Below, piece after piece: positions 27,370 to 35,021 of a DNA stretch of 36,253 bases. The stretch comes from a virus (lineage: Duplodnaviria > Caudoviricetes). The DNA is taken from IMG/VR virus record IMGVR_UViG_3300009193_000004, positions 1 to 36,253 of that record; one strand, 5' to 3'. Positions within the stretch are counted from its first letter, which is position 1; each line of letters begins with the position of its first letter. Made by a program: the position numbers and the translations under genes. Below the pieces are notes generated by a model. The model had not been told where the DNA came from, made no database searches, and saw nothing but the letters and a program-made list of their open reading frames with translations.

Positions 27370-29157
27370 TTAAAGGTAAGCTTTAACGCCTTGCGACAAC
27401 CAGTATTCTTTCACCTGAAGATACTCATCGTAAGTAACACCACAACTTTCAAGAAACTCCATGAAGTCAGTTCTAGCCGCTTCTTTGGTTAGAGCGTACA
27501 CAAGGTTAGACATAATTTCATTTAGCGGCTTAGCTTGCTCTGGTTCAGGTTCTTTATAAACGTCTTCCGGCGCAACTCGTTTACCACCCTGGATAAATCC
27601 GACACCTGTTTGAACAGCATCTTGAAATACTTGCTCTACTTCAGGCGCTGGATCTGGCTGCTTAGCCTTCTCTTCTGCTTCACGCTGTAAACGGTCAACT
27701 TCTTCTTGCTCACGTTTAGCTTGCTCTTCAGCTTGAGCTTTGGCGCGTTCTTCTTTGCGGATGCGCTCGCGCTCTGCTTCAGCTTTGGCTTCAGCTTCAC
27801 GTTGAGCTTTTGCCTCTTCTTCTTTTTGAATGCGTTGGCGTTCAGCTTCAAGGCGTTCTTCTTCAGCCTTCTTGTGGTCGGCAATGCGTGATTTAATTAT
27901 TGCCTGGAATGGTTCAGCGTCCTGGTTAACTAGCTGCTGAGCATCAGAGAATAAAAATTTGTAATCTGCTGCATGGTCACGAAGATATTGAAGGTTAGGA
28001 ATAACACGGTCCATTACCTGATTAATCTCAACCTTCCACTTAGCCAGCTCTTCAGATACCGCATTTTCAAGGCTTTCAATGGTGCGCTTGTTCTTCATTG
28101 CACCAGTCCAATCAGGACGAATCTCTCCCATGATTGACACAAGGCCCATAGGCGAGATTTTGCCGTTAGATTCTTGGATATGGTTAAGAAGGTCGTTGTT
28201 TGCTTCAGTCCAAATAGCTTGCTTCTTAGCTTCTTTGGCCTGTTTAACCTGCTTCTCACCGTGGCTTTGCATTTGCTGAAGAACACCATCCATTTCTTGA
28301 GCGATTTCTTCAAACTGTGAGTAGCTAACAAACTCACCGCGAACCTTGCCGATCATATCTTTGAGCCCGGCGCGAGCCTTCTTAACATCTTTGTTAAGTT
28401 GGTCCTTGTCGGCGAAGTCCTGATCAGTTTCCAGGACCTTGCTCATTTCTTCACTTGCCATTGTCTTGATTTGGTCAAGACACATAGCGATGTTAGTGGT
28501 GATCTCTGTTCCTGTTACGCTGTATGAAATAGCTGGTAGGCTAGTTTTTTCAGCAACAACAACTTCTTTCTTGGCTTCCATTTCAAAAGATTCGAGATCT
28601 CTATTGAACTGCTTCCAGCCAGCAATCAACTGCTCACGGCGTTCAGGGATTGAAATGTAGTGCATGTATTCGCGTTTATCTGCTGTGCCGTCTGAAGTCA
28701 TAAACAAAGCATTTTCAGCACCGGACACAAGAAGCTGGTGCTCTAACTGCCAGTAGTGAGTATCTTCAAGCACGTTATTGCGAACATTCTCAGCAAGCGT
28801 TTCATTCCAAAGCTTATGCTCGAATACCATTTGCTGATCTTCTGATAGACCATCCAGTGAAGCGAGTAGCTTTAAACCGTCAATCTCGATACCACCAACA
28901 ACCGGAGCGAATGACTCAAGCATATCAACTTCAAGAAGATCACGAGCTGCGTCTTCTGCTGCGTGGCCCTTGTCGAAAAGCGCTTGTTTAGCCGGAGTGA
29001 TTTTCTCCTTAACACCAAACTTCTTTTCTTTCATTAGCTGAGTGCGGCTTTTGTACTTGCTTGCACCCATCATTGCAGAAGCATCAGAAGCGGTTAAGTG
29101 AGTGTCACGAAGTTCGTGCCATTCCGGTGTGCCTTGTTCTACTTTGAATAATTGCAT
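27370..29157 (-). CDS. YqaJ/lambda-exonuclease-family recombination nuclease with long coiled-coil extension
   Basis: QGTPEWHELR..TASD, ASLDG, EHK and YWQLEHQL motifs; E/K/A-rich C-terminal coil. Confidence 0.88.
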   Translation of the reverse strand: MQLFKVEQGTPEWHELRDTHLTASDASAMMGASKYKSRTQLMKEKKFGVKEKITPAKQALFDKGHAAEDAARDLLEVDMLESFAPVVGGIEIDGLKLLASLDGLSEDQQMVFEHKLWNETLAENVRNNVLEDTHYWQLEHQLLVSGAENALFMTSDGTADKREYMHYISIPERREQLIAGWKQFNRDLESFEMEAKKEVVVAEKTSLPAISYSVTGTEITTNIAMCLDQIKTMASEEMSKVLETDQDFADKDQLNKDVKKARAGLKDMIGKVRGEFVSYSQFEEIAQEMDGVLQQMQSHGEKQVKQAKEAKKQAIWTEANNDLLNHIQESNGKISPMGLVSIMGEIRPDWTGAMKNKRTIESLENAVSEELAKWKVEINQVMDRVIPNLQYLRDHAADYKFLFSDAQQLVNQDAEPFQAIIKSRIADHKKAEEERLEAERQRIQKEEEAKAQREAEAKAEAERERIRKEERAKAQAEEQAKREQEEVDRLQREAEEKAKQPDPAPEVEQVFQDAVQTGVGFIQGGKRVAPEDVYKEPEPEQAKPLNEIMSNLVYALTKEAARTDFMEFLESCGVTYDEYLQVKEYWLSQGVKAYL

Positions 29158-29158
29158 T

Positions 29159-29914
29159 CTACTTTCCTACTTGTTGTAATTTTGAGTATTGGTCTTGGCT
29201 AAGGATAATGTTCTTCTTAGTCAAGAATTGGTGTAGCGAGTCAACTGTGTGCTTGCCGTCAGTTATTTTTTTAGACCAGGCCGGGAAGTTTTTATTAAAC
29301 TCTTCATCCGGGTAGCAGTTAACAGGCTTTTGCTGGTCCTGGTTGTCGTACTGAACAGAATCGCCGTCATCGTCTTCACCACCGACAACAATCCCCAAGA
29401 TACCAGTCAGTGTATAACGGCGAAGGTATGAGATTGCCGAAGCGATACTTTTAAGCTGATCCTTGCCGCCACTAATATCAGGAGAAGATACCAACTCACT
29501 ATATTCTGAGTGGCCGCTTTTGTGCGTGACGATGCAGCGAACCGTGATAATTCCGTTATCCTGGCTTTGCGTGAAGCGGTAAGACAAACCCGTTTCTTTT
29601 AACGCTGGCTGAATTGCCTTAGCAATATCTTCAATCTTGGCGTACTGGTAGAACGTGCGACCTTTTGAAGTTGTGTAATCAACAATGCCAAGCTTTTCAA
29701 TTACCGGAAGCATTGCCTGAAACTTAGACATTGCGGCGTTAAACTCTTTCTTGGCCTGGTTTGCCTCATAACGCTCTTGAAGATCCATAAGCTTTTCAAG
29801 CTGAGTAATATCAGCGCCGTTATTCACTGCAATTTCAATTAGGCGCATGTGCGGCTGTGCCATAACCGGAAGTGATGATTGCTGATCACTTGCAACTAAT
29901 TCGCCGTTACTCAT
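29159..29914 (-). CDS. erf: ERF-family ssDNA annealing protein
   Basis: YQYAKIEDI, THKSGH and ASAISYLRRYTLTGILGI..EDDDG ERF signature. Confidence 0.9.
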   Translation of the reverse strand: MSNGELVASDQQSSLPVMAQPHMRLIEIAVNNGADITQLEKLMDLQERYEANQAKKEFNAAMSKFQAMLPVIEKLGIVDYTTSKGRTFYQYAKIEDIAKAIQPALKETGLSYRFTQSQDNGIITVRCIVTHKSGHSEYSELVSSPDISGGKDQLKSIASAISYLRRYTLTGILGIVVGGEDDDGDSVQYDNQDQQKPVNCYPDEEFNKNFPAWSKKITDGKHTVDSLHQFLTKKNIILSQDQYSKLQQVGK

Positions 29915-30221
29915 TTAAGCCACCAATTAACTGAAGTTGTTCAGCGTTAAGTTCAGTCTTCTCAGACCATGAATGAATAACCTTGGCGATTTCTAACTGA
30001 TCGTTATGGTCATTCCAGTAAACAAGTGCATCGTTTACAGTGTGGATACCGCCCTCTTGGATAATTCCAAGTAGGTCTTCATCAACAACGATAGCTTGAT
30101 TAATTGCTTCAAGATCCGCTTCAGCTTTTCCGAGCTCATCATTAAGACGTTGAATCTCTGCCGACTTTACGGCGAACGCTTCTACAAGAGCGCCTTTGTT
30201 TTCGATTTTCATGTTATTCAC
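29907..30221 (-). CDS. Hypothetical protein
   Basis: 104 aa, overlap-coupled to both neighbours. Confidence 0.7.
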   Translation of the reverse strand: MNNMKIENKGALVEAFAVKSAEIQRLNDELGKAEADLEAINQAIVVDEDLLGIIQEGGIHTVNDALVYWNDHNDQLEIAKVIHSWSEKTELNAEQLQLIGGLNE

Positions 30222-30396
30222 CTTCTACTTTTGAACAAACAATGTCATCACGGTAAGCAGGCCAGTTACCAGCTTCAACCATATCGCAATAGTGTGCTTC
30301 CTGGTTTACTGCGTCTTCGTAGTCCATTTGACCTACAAGACAGAAAAGCGCCACCCCTGCTATTACTGCTAAAACATTCATACTTGCCTTCTTCAT
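30214..30396 (-). CDS. Small membrane-anchored early protein
   Basis: GGAG SD; basic start, hydrophobic segment, then MDYEDA..YCDMV..WPAY; first gene after the leftward promoter. Confidence 0.7.
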   Translation of the reverse strand: MKKASMNVLAVIAGVALFCLVGQMDYEDAVNQEAHYCDMVEAGNWPAYRDDIVCSKVEGE

Positions 30397-30421
30397 GTTG
30401 CGTCTCCGTGTTGATGTAAGA

Positions 30422-30450
30422 ACTATAACCGCTTAATTTCACTTCCGCAA
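30422..30450 (-). promoter_or_regulatory. Leftward sigma70 promoter (pL-like)
   Basis: TTGCGG-17 nt-TATAGT with an A-rich upstream element. Confidence 0.7.
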
Positions 30451-30470
30451 GATTTATTTTCACTTTTTTC

Positions 30471-30499
30471 TGTACTTTTTAAGCTTGGCCGTATATATT
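30471..30499 (+). promoter_or_regulatory. Rightward promoter (pR-like)
   Basis: TGTACT-17 nt-TATATT upstream of the AAGGAG SD of the HTH gene; the -35 is weak. Confidence 0.5.
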
Positions 30500-30532
30500 A
30501 AGCTCATCAACACAGTAAAGGAGTTAACCAGA

Positions 30533-30736
30533 ATGAACCTAAGTAAGTCTCTAAGACTCGCTATAGCAAACAAAGGCATTAAGCATAAAGATCTTGCTAA
30601 TGCTTTAGGAACAAGCAGCCAGCAGATTTCTAACTGGCTTAAAAGCGGCTCTATTAAACAATCTAGCATTGTTGATATTGCGAAATTCTTTGAAATGCCA
30701 GTGAGTGAGTTCATTGCGCTTGGCGAGGGTGATTAG
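30533..30736 (+). CDS. Cro-like/XRE helix-turn-helix regulator (67 aa)
   Basis: HKDLANALGTSSQQISNW HTH; ATG 30533 with AAGGAG SD; no peptidase domain. Confidence 0.88.
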   Translation: MNLSKSLRLAIANKGIKHKDLANALGTSSQQISNWLKSGSIKQSSIVDIAKFFEMPVSEFIALGEGD

Positions 30737-30739
30737 CTT

Positions 30740-31720
30740 ATGCACTATTACCAATTCAACATTGGTGACTATGCTAAGGCTACTCGTCATTTGAGTAATA
30801 CCGAAGATTTAGCTTATAGACGGCTTATCGATCTGTACTACGACAAAGAGCAACCTCTTATCAAAGACGTTTCTAAGCTGTCCAGGCTTATCAATATGAG
30901 AGAAAACCACGAGGAAATTAAAACCGTCCTTGAGGATTTCTTTACAGAAACGGAAGAAGGTTATCAGCAAAGTCGCATTGATTCAGAAATTGCCAATTAT
31001 CACGCAAAGGCAGACGCAGCAAGGGCTAACGGCAAAAAGGGAGGGCGACCAAGAAAAGCCAAAACTAACCCAGACGAAACCGAAGGCAAAGCTAAAAAAA
31101 CCCAGTCGGTTAATTTAGCTAACCCAGACGAAACCGAAGGTAAAGCTAAAAAAAGCGAATCGAAAGCTAACCATAAACCAATAACCAATAACCAAGAACC
31201 ATTAACCAGTAACCAATTAGAAAAACCTATGTCAGCTAAAGCTAACCCGGCTTTCGACTTGTTCAAATACTGGTGTGACGTTATGGGTAAAAATCTTTCT
31301 ACCAGCAAGCTAACCGCTAAACGCGATAAAGCTATCAAGGCAAGACTGAAAGAAGGTTATACGGTTGAACAGATTAAACAGGCTATTGATGGTTGTCGTA
31401 ATGATCCGTTTTCAATGGGTCAAAACGATAGGCAGAAACCTTTTAACGATATTGAGCTGATATGTAGAACAGGTGAAAAGCTCGAAAGCTTCATGGAGAC
31501 AATAGGCAATGAAAAAATTATCAATGGACAATCTACATCGGGCCGTAAACTCTCAGCGCTCGAACGCCAACACGCAAGACTTCGAGAGAAGTACGGACCA
31601 GAATACCAACAGTCAAGCGGCAGATTGGATTTGGGTGAAGATGGTGGAGATCTACGGGGAGCAGTGGATCAGGGAGAACGGCGAGGAACCGTCATTGATG
31701 TGGAAGATAGCCCTGAATAA
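30740..31720 (+). CDS. Replication initiator (DUF1376/YdaU family, O-like)
   Basis: MHYYQFNIGDY..TRHLS..AYRRLIDLYY and NGKKGGRP motifs, internal repeats, C-terminal IKARLKEGYTVEQIKQAID domain. Confidence 0.85.
   Translation: MHYYQFNIGDYAKATRHLSNTEDLAYRRLIDLYYDKEQPLIKDVSKLSRLINMRENHEEIKTVLEDFFTETEEGYQQSRIDSEIANYHAKADAARANGKKGGRPRKAKTNPDETEGKAKKTQSVNLANPDETEGKAKKSESKANHKPITNNQEPLTSNQLEKPMSAKANPAFDLFKYWCDVMGKNLSTSKLTAKRDKAIKARLKEGYTVEQIKQAIDGCRNDPFSMGQNDRQKPFNDIELICRTGEKLESFMETIGNEKIINGQSTSGRKLSALERQHARLREKYGPEYQQSSGRLDLGEDGGDLRGAVDQGERRGTVIDVEDSPE
31065..31215 (+). repeat. Putative replication origin repeats
   Basis: 36-bp direct repeat at 31065-31100 and 31119-31154 (1 mismatch), then six tandem NNAACCA heptamers at 31174-31215. 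Confidence 0.75.
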
Positions 31721-32177
31721 ACAGACTATCGAAAGCGTTAAGAATGGCGTTGCTCAAACTGTTAAAGCTGGCATTACTTGGCCGCCTAACTTGCCTAAGT
31801 TCATTGAGCTTTGCGAAGGCGTTGAGGATGCCACTGAATCCTTTGACCGCTTCATTGACAAGAAAGAAGCACTTGATCATGCAGAGTTGTTAACTAGGCA
31901 GAAGGTAGGCTTTCAGTGCCGAACTCAATTACCTGAAGACAAGGCCCGTAAACTTTGGGCTGAAACTATCAGCAAGATCAGAACAAAGATTGCTAACGGT
32001 GAAATTACTCCACCAGATCCGAAGGCTAAGCGAATCGAAACACCGGATAAGATGAAAGAAACGCTTACACCGGAACAACACAACCAGCAGCTTGACCGCA
32101 AGATTGACGAATTTCTTGATAAAGGGATTAAGTTGATTGGGCCATTTAAAACTAGATATGAGGAAAGAAGTAAATGA
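31509..32177 (+). CDS. Replication protein P-like / helicase-loader-position protein
   Basis: WVKMVEIYGEQW..GEEP..W and WPPNLPKFIELC motifs; directly after the initiator; alternative start at 31641. Confidence 0.65.
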   Translation: MKKLSMDNLHRAVNSQRSNANTQDFERSTDQNTNSQAADWIWVKMVEIYGEQWIRENGEEPSLMWKIALNKQTIESVKNGVAQTVKAGITWPPNLPKFIELCEGVEDATESFDRFIDKKEALDHAELLTRQKVGFQCRTQLPEDKARKLWAETISKIRTKIANGEITPPDPKAKRIETPDKMKETLTPEQHNQQLDRKIDEFLDKGIKLIGPFKTRYEERSK

Positions 32178-32926
32178 TTCATTATCACGGAGGGCCAATT
32201 ACGCCTGATACATGCGCAATCAAAGCCTGGAAAGGCAGGCATGCTTTTATAAGTTTCGCTCACCACGGTCAATTAAGGTTGGCTAGTGAGATTTGTCAGA
32301 GTTTCGCGCTCGACAATGGCGCGTTTACATTTTGGAAAACAGGGAAGGAGATTGACTGGTGCGAGTACCACAATTTTATCCGTGGCTGGAAGAATCATCC
32401 CCGTTTCGACTTTGCGATAATTCCTGATGTTATAGACGGAGGCGAATTAGAAAACGACGCACTAATAGAAGATTGGCCTCACGGCGTGGCTAGTGGTGCA
32501 CCAGTTTGGCACATGAACGAATCAGAAGATCGCTTTATACGCCTTTGCAATGAGTGGCCAAGAGTAGCAATCGGTTCTTGCGGAGAATATGACATTACTA
32601 AAAACCCAACAGGATGCGTACTCAGAATTAAGGACATTATTCGCCATGTGGTTGACGAAATCGGCTACCCTATTGCTAAATTGCACATGCTACGAGGTTT
32701 AAATAAAAACGTATTTACAAAGCTACCATTTGCTTCAGCCGACTCTACAAATGTCGCTAGAAACATTGGTATAGATAAGAATTGGAGAGGTACATACCAG
32801 CCACAATCAAAGGAAACGAGAGCTTCGATACTTGTGGAGAGAATAGAATATTACAACTCAGCATCGTCACTAATCTATGACGAAAAATCAGATAAAATCT
32901 CTGTTCAATTAGGGTTTGATATATGA
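32174..32926 (+). CDS. TGT-fold, DpdA-like (deazaguanine) DNA transglycosylase candidate
   Basis: LDNGAF, IIPDVI, PVWH, AIGS, KLHML.G and PFASADST motifs in TGT/DpdA order; ATGA-coupled on both sides. Confidence 0.65.
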   Translation: MIHYHGGPITPDTCAIKAWKGRHAFISFAHHGQLRLASEICQSFALDNGAFTFWKTGKEIDWCEYHNFIRGWKNHPRFDFAIIPDVIDGGELENDALIEDWPHGVASGAPVWHMNESEDRFIRLCNEWPRVAIGSCGEYDITKNPTGCVLRIKDIIRHVVDEIGYPIAKLHMLRGLNKNVFTKLPFASADSTNVARNIGIDKNWRGTYQPQSKETRASILVERIEYYNSASSLIYDEKSDKISVQLGFDI

Positions 32927-33471
32927 AAAAGAAAAGCATGGGAGATTCATGGCGCACACCGCCAGAAGTGTTTAACACTCTAAATCGTGAGTTTGGTTTT
33001 ATTGCTGATATGGCAAGTTCGCACGAAAACGCGCTTTGTGATCTTCACTTCACTGAAGAAGATGATTCTCTTTCCCTGGATTGGGCCAAAGAGATAGATA
33101 AGCGCTACGCCTTCATAGGTCATAATTATGTTTGGTTAAATTGCCCGTATAGCAATCCTATGCCGTGGGTGAAGAAGTCGCTTGAAGCTCAAGCTGGTGG
33201 CCTTGGTGTTGTTATGCTGCTTAACGATGACACTAGCGTTGGTTGGTTTGCTGAAGCTTTGAAAGGTGTTAGCGAGATCCGCCACATAGTCGCCGATGCT
33301 ACGCCAGAAGGTAAGCGCGAGTATTCAACCGGGCGAATTGCTTTTTTGGATGGTGAAGGCAAGCCGATACCAGGAAATAACAAGCCTCAGTTTGTACTTG
33401 TGTTTAACCCATTCAAGATAGGCGCACAGGTAACGAGCTATGTTAAGAAGTCCGAATTATACGGCGCATAA
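32923..33471 (+). CDS. dam: Phage DNA N6-adenine methyltransferase (lambdoid Dam family)
   Basis: WRTPPEVF..L..EFGF..D, FTEEDDSL..DW, WLNCPYS, TSVGWF and GRIAF motifs. Confidence 0.85.
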   Translation: MKKKSMGDSWRTPPEVFNTLNREFGFIADMASSHENALCDLHFTEEDDSLSLDWAKEIDKRYAFIGHNYVWLNCPYSNPMPWVKKSLEAQAGGLGVVMLLNDDTSVGWFAEALKGVSEIRHIVADATPEGKREYSTGRIAFLDGEGKPIPGNNKPQFVLVFNPFKIGAQVTSYVKKSELYGA

Positions 33472-33499
33472 AAAAAGCCCTAACCAATACGGCTAGGGC
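33470..33499 (-). terminator. Rho-independent terminator oriented antisense to its flanking genes
   Basis: Minus strand GCCCTAGCC-GTATT-GGTTAGGGC-TTTTTTT. Confidence 0.75.
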
Positions 33500-33527
33500 A
33501 GTTCAAAGTAGAAAAGGAAGTAATAAC

Positions 33528-33767
33528 ATGCAATACACAAAAACGGTGACACTGGATATTAACGGCTCAGAAGTAGAAGCTGAACTTACGTTTAATCATA
33601 CACCATTTTCACCAGGTTTCTATAGTGGACCGCCAGAAGATTGCTATCCATGCGAACCGGAAGAGTACGAGCTCCTTAAGTTAGTGGCTGAAGATAACGA
33701 TTGCTCTTGGATGCTTGAGCATGTCGGTGACAGCCTAATTGAACAGATAGGTGATGATAATGGCTAA
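33528..33767 (+). CDS. Hypothetical acidic phage protein
   Basis: 79 aa, AAGGA SD, SGPPEDCYP motif. Confidence 0.7.
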   Translation: MQYTKTVTLDINGSEVEAELTFNHTPFSPGFYSGPPEDCYPCEPEEYELLKLVAEDNDCSWMLEHVGDSLIEQIGDDNG

Positions 33768-34356
33768 AGAATTTGTTTTGATTAAGGTCAATAACGGCTT
33801 TGCCTATGCTACCGATTCAGACCGGGAAGCGGCGGCAGGCTGGAAGATAGGCCAGGCGATCAAGATTAACGCCACTCAACAAAGCGCCAGATCACTTGCT
33901 TATCATCAAAGGTACTGGGCCGGGCTTATCGCTTTGACGTTTGAGTATTGGGAACCGGACCAGGGAATGACCACCGAAGCGGAAAGAATGCTGATCGCTA
34001 AGTTCTGTAAGGTGCTTGACGACAACGGCGGCGGCGGTGAAGTGGCGCACTGGGGCGATCAGTTCCTTGCTACTTTAAGCCAAAACAGAGCGCAAAAAAT
34101 CCAGGCACCAAACAAGACCAAGGAAGCGCTTCACGACTGGATTAAAGAACAGGCTGGTTATTTCGATGTGGAGATCACGCCTACCGGACCAAGGCGCAAA
34201 CTTAAATCAATCAACTTCAATGCAATGTCAGAGGAACAATTCAGAGACTATTACAAGGCCGCCTTCAATGTTTGCTGGCGTTACGTCCTGGCTAAGCCTT
34301 TTAACGATGAAGTTACGGCTCACAATGCAATCTCACAATTACTAAGCGTAGGGTAA
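33751..34356 (+). CDS. DUF1367-family protein (NinB-like position)
   Basis: RSLAYHQRYW...FEYWEP, AGYF and KSINFNAMSEEQF..YYKA motifs; likely start is ATG 33760. Confidence 0.8.
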   Translation: MMIMAKEFVLIKVNNGFAYATDSDREAAAGWKIGQAIKINATQQSARSLAYHQRYWAGLIALTFEYWEPDQGMTTEAERMLIAKFCKVLDDNGGGGEVAHWGDQFLATLSQNRAQKIQAPNKTKEALHDWIKEQAGYFDVEITPTGPRRKLKSINFNAMSEEQFRDYYKAAFNVCWRYVLAKPFNDEVTAHNAISQLLSVG

Positions 34357-34358
34357 CT

Positions 34359-35015
34359 ATGGCAAATTCAAAACGGAAGTGTACGCACTGCAAGGACCGC
34401 TATCCAACTGAGCAGGGAATTAAAACCCCGGCAGGCTGGTTTTGCTGTATCGACCATGCAATAGCTCATTCGCGAAAGCTTCAGGAGCGCACCAGGACGA
34501 AGCAAATCAACAAAGCCAAGCAAGTACAAGCGAAAGAGGATAAAGACTCACGAGCAGCCAGCAAGGAAGCAAAAAGGCGCGATCTGAAGTGGCAACACGG
34601 ATTAACTCAGAAGTCATTTAACAAAATGCGCGTACTTGAGGAAAAATTGTGGTTCCAGGAAAGAGGTTTAGAGCCTGAATGTATTAGCTGTGGCCGACCT
34701 ATTGGTGGTGATCAGTGGTGCTGTGGTCACTTTAAAACTCGCGGCGCTCAGTCAGGCTTACGCTATGACAGAAAGAACACATTCCTTCAGCATAACCACC
34801 GATGCAATATGAACTTATCAGGCGATATATCCGGCACTAAAACAACCAGGGGATACAAGCAAGGTTTGATTGATAGGTTTGGAGAGGATGAAGGGCAGGC
34901 AATTATAGATTACTGTGAGACTCATTCTGATCCTATTAAATGGACATGGGAAGAGTTAGAAAAAATGCGCTCATCTTTCAATAAGCGCATTCGTGAACTA
35001 GAAATTTCGTTTTAG
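34359..35015 (+). CDS. ninG: NinG/Rap-family endonuclease
   Basis: RKCTHC..FCCIDHA, CISCG, CGHF.TRGA..LRYD..N..LQ...CN motifs. Confidence 0.88.
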   Translation: MANSKRKCTHCKDRYPTEQGIKTPAGWFCCIDHAIAHSRKLQERTRTKQINKAKQVQAKEDKDSRAASKEAKRRDLKWQHGLTQKSFNKMRVLEEKLWFQERGLEPECISCGRPIGGDQWCCGHFKTRGAQSGLRYDRKNTFLQHNHRCNMNLSGDISGTKTTRGYKQGLIDRFGEDEGQAIIDYCETHSDPIKWTWEELEKMRSSFNKRIRELEISF

Positions 35016-35021
35016 CGCCTT

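Noticed and set aside
27640-27880. Repetitive GCTTCA/TCTTC-rich DNA
   Set aside because: Explained by the E/A/K/R coiled coil of the YqaJ extension; not an independent repeat element.
1297-28660. Numerous plus-strand ORFs of 60-140 aa in the ORF track
   Set aside because: They are antisense shadows of well-supported minus-strand genes, with no SD or recognisable motifs.
30214-30396. 60-aa protein as a lipoprotein or o-spanin
   Set aside because: ALFC is not a canonical lipobox, and the gene is early and far from the lysis cassette.
30460-30790. Minus-strand ORFs opposite the HTH gene as a CI repressor
   Set aside because: No HTH or S24 peptidase features; they are antisense to the real HTH gene.
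31065-31215. Repeats as a mini-CRISPR array
   Set aside because: Only two 36-bp copies with an 18-bp spacer, in frame inside a replication gene, and no cas genes.
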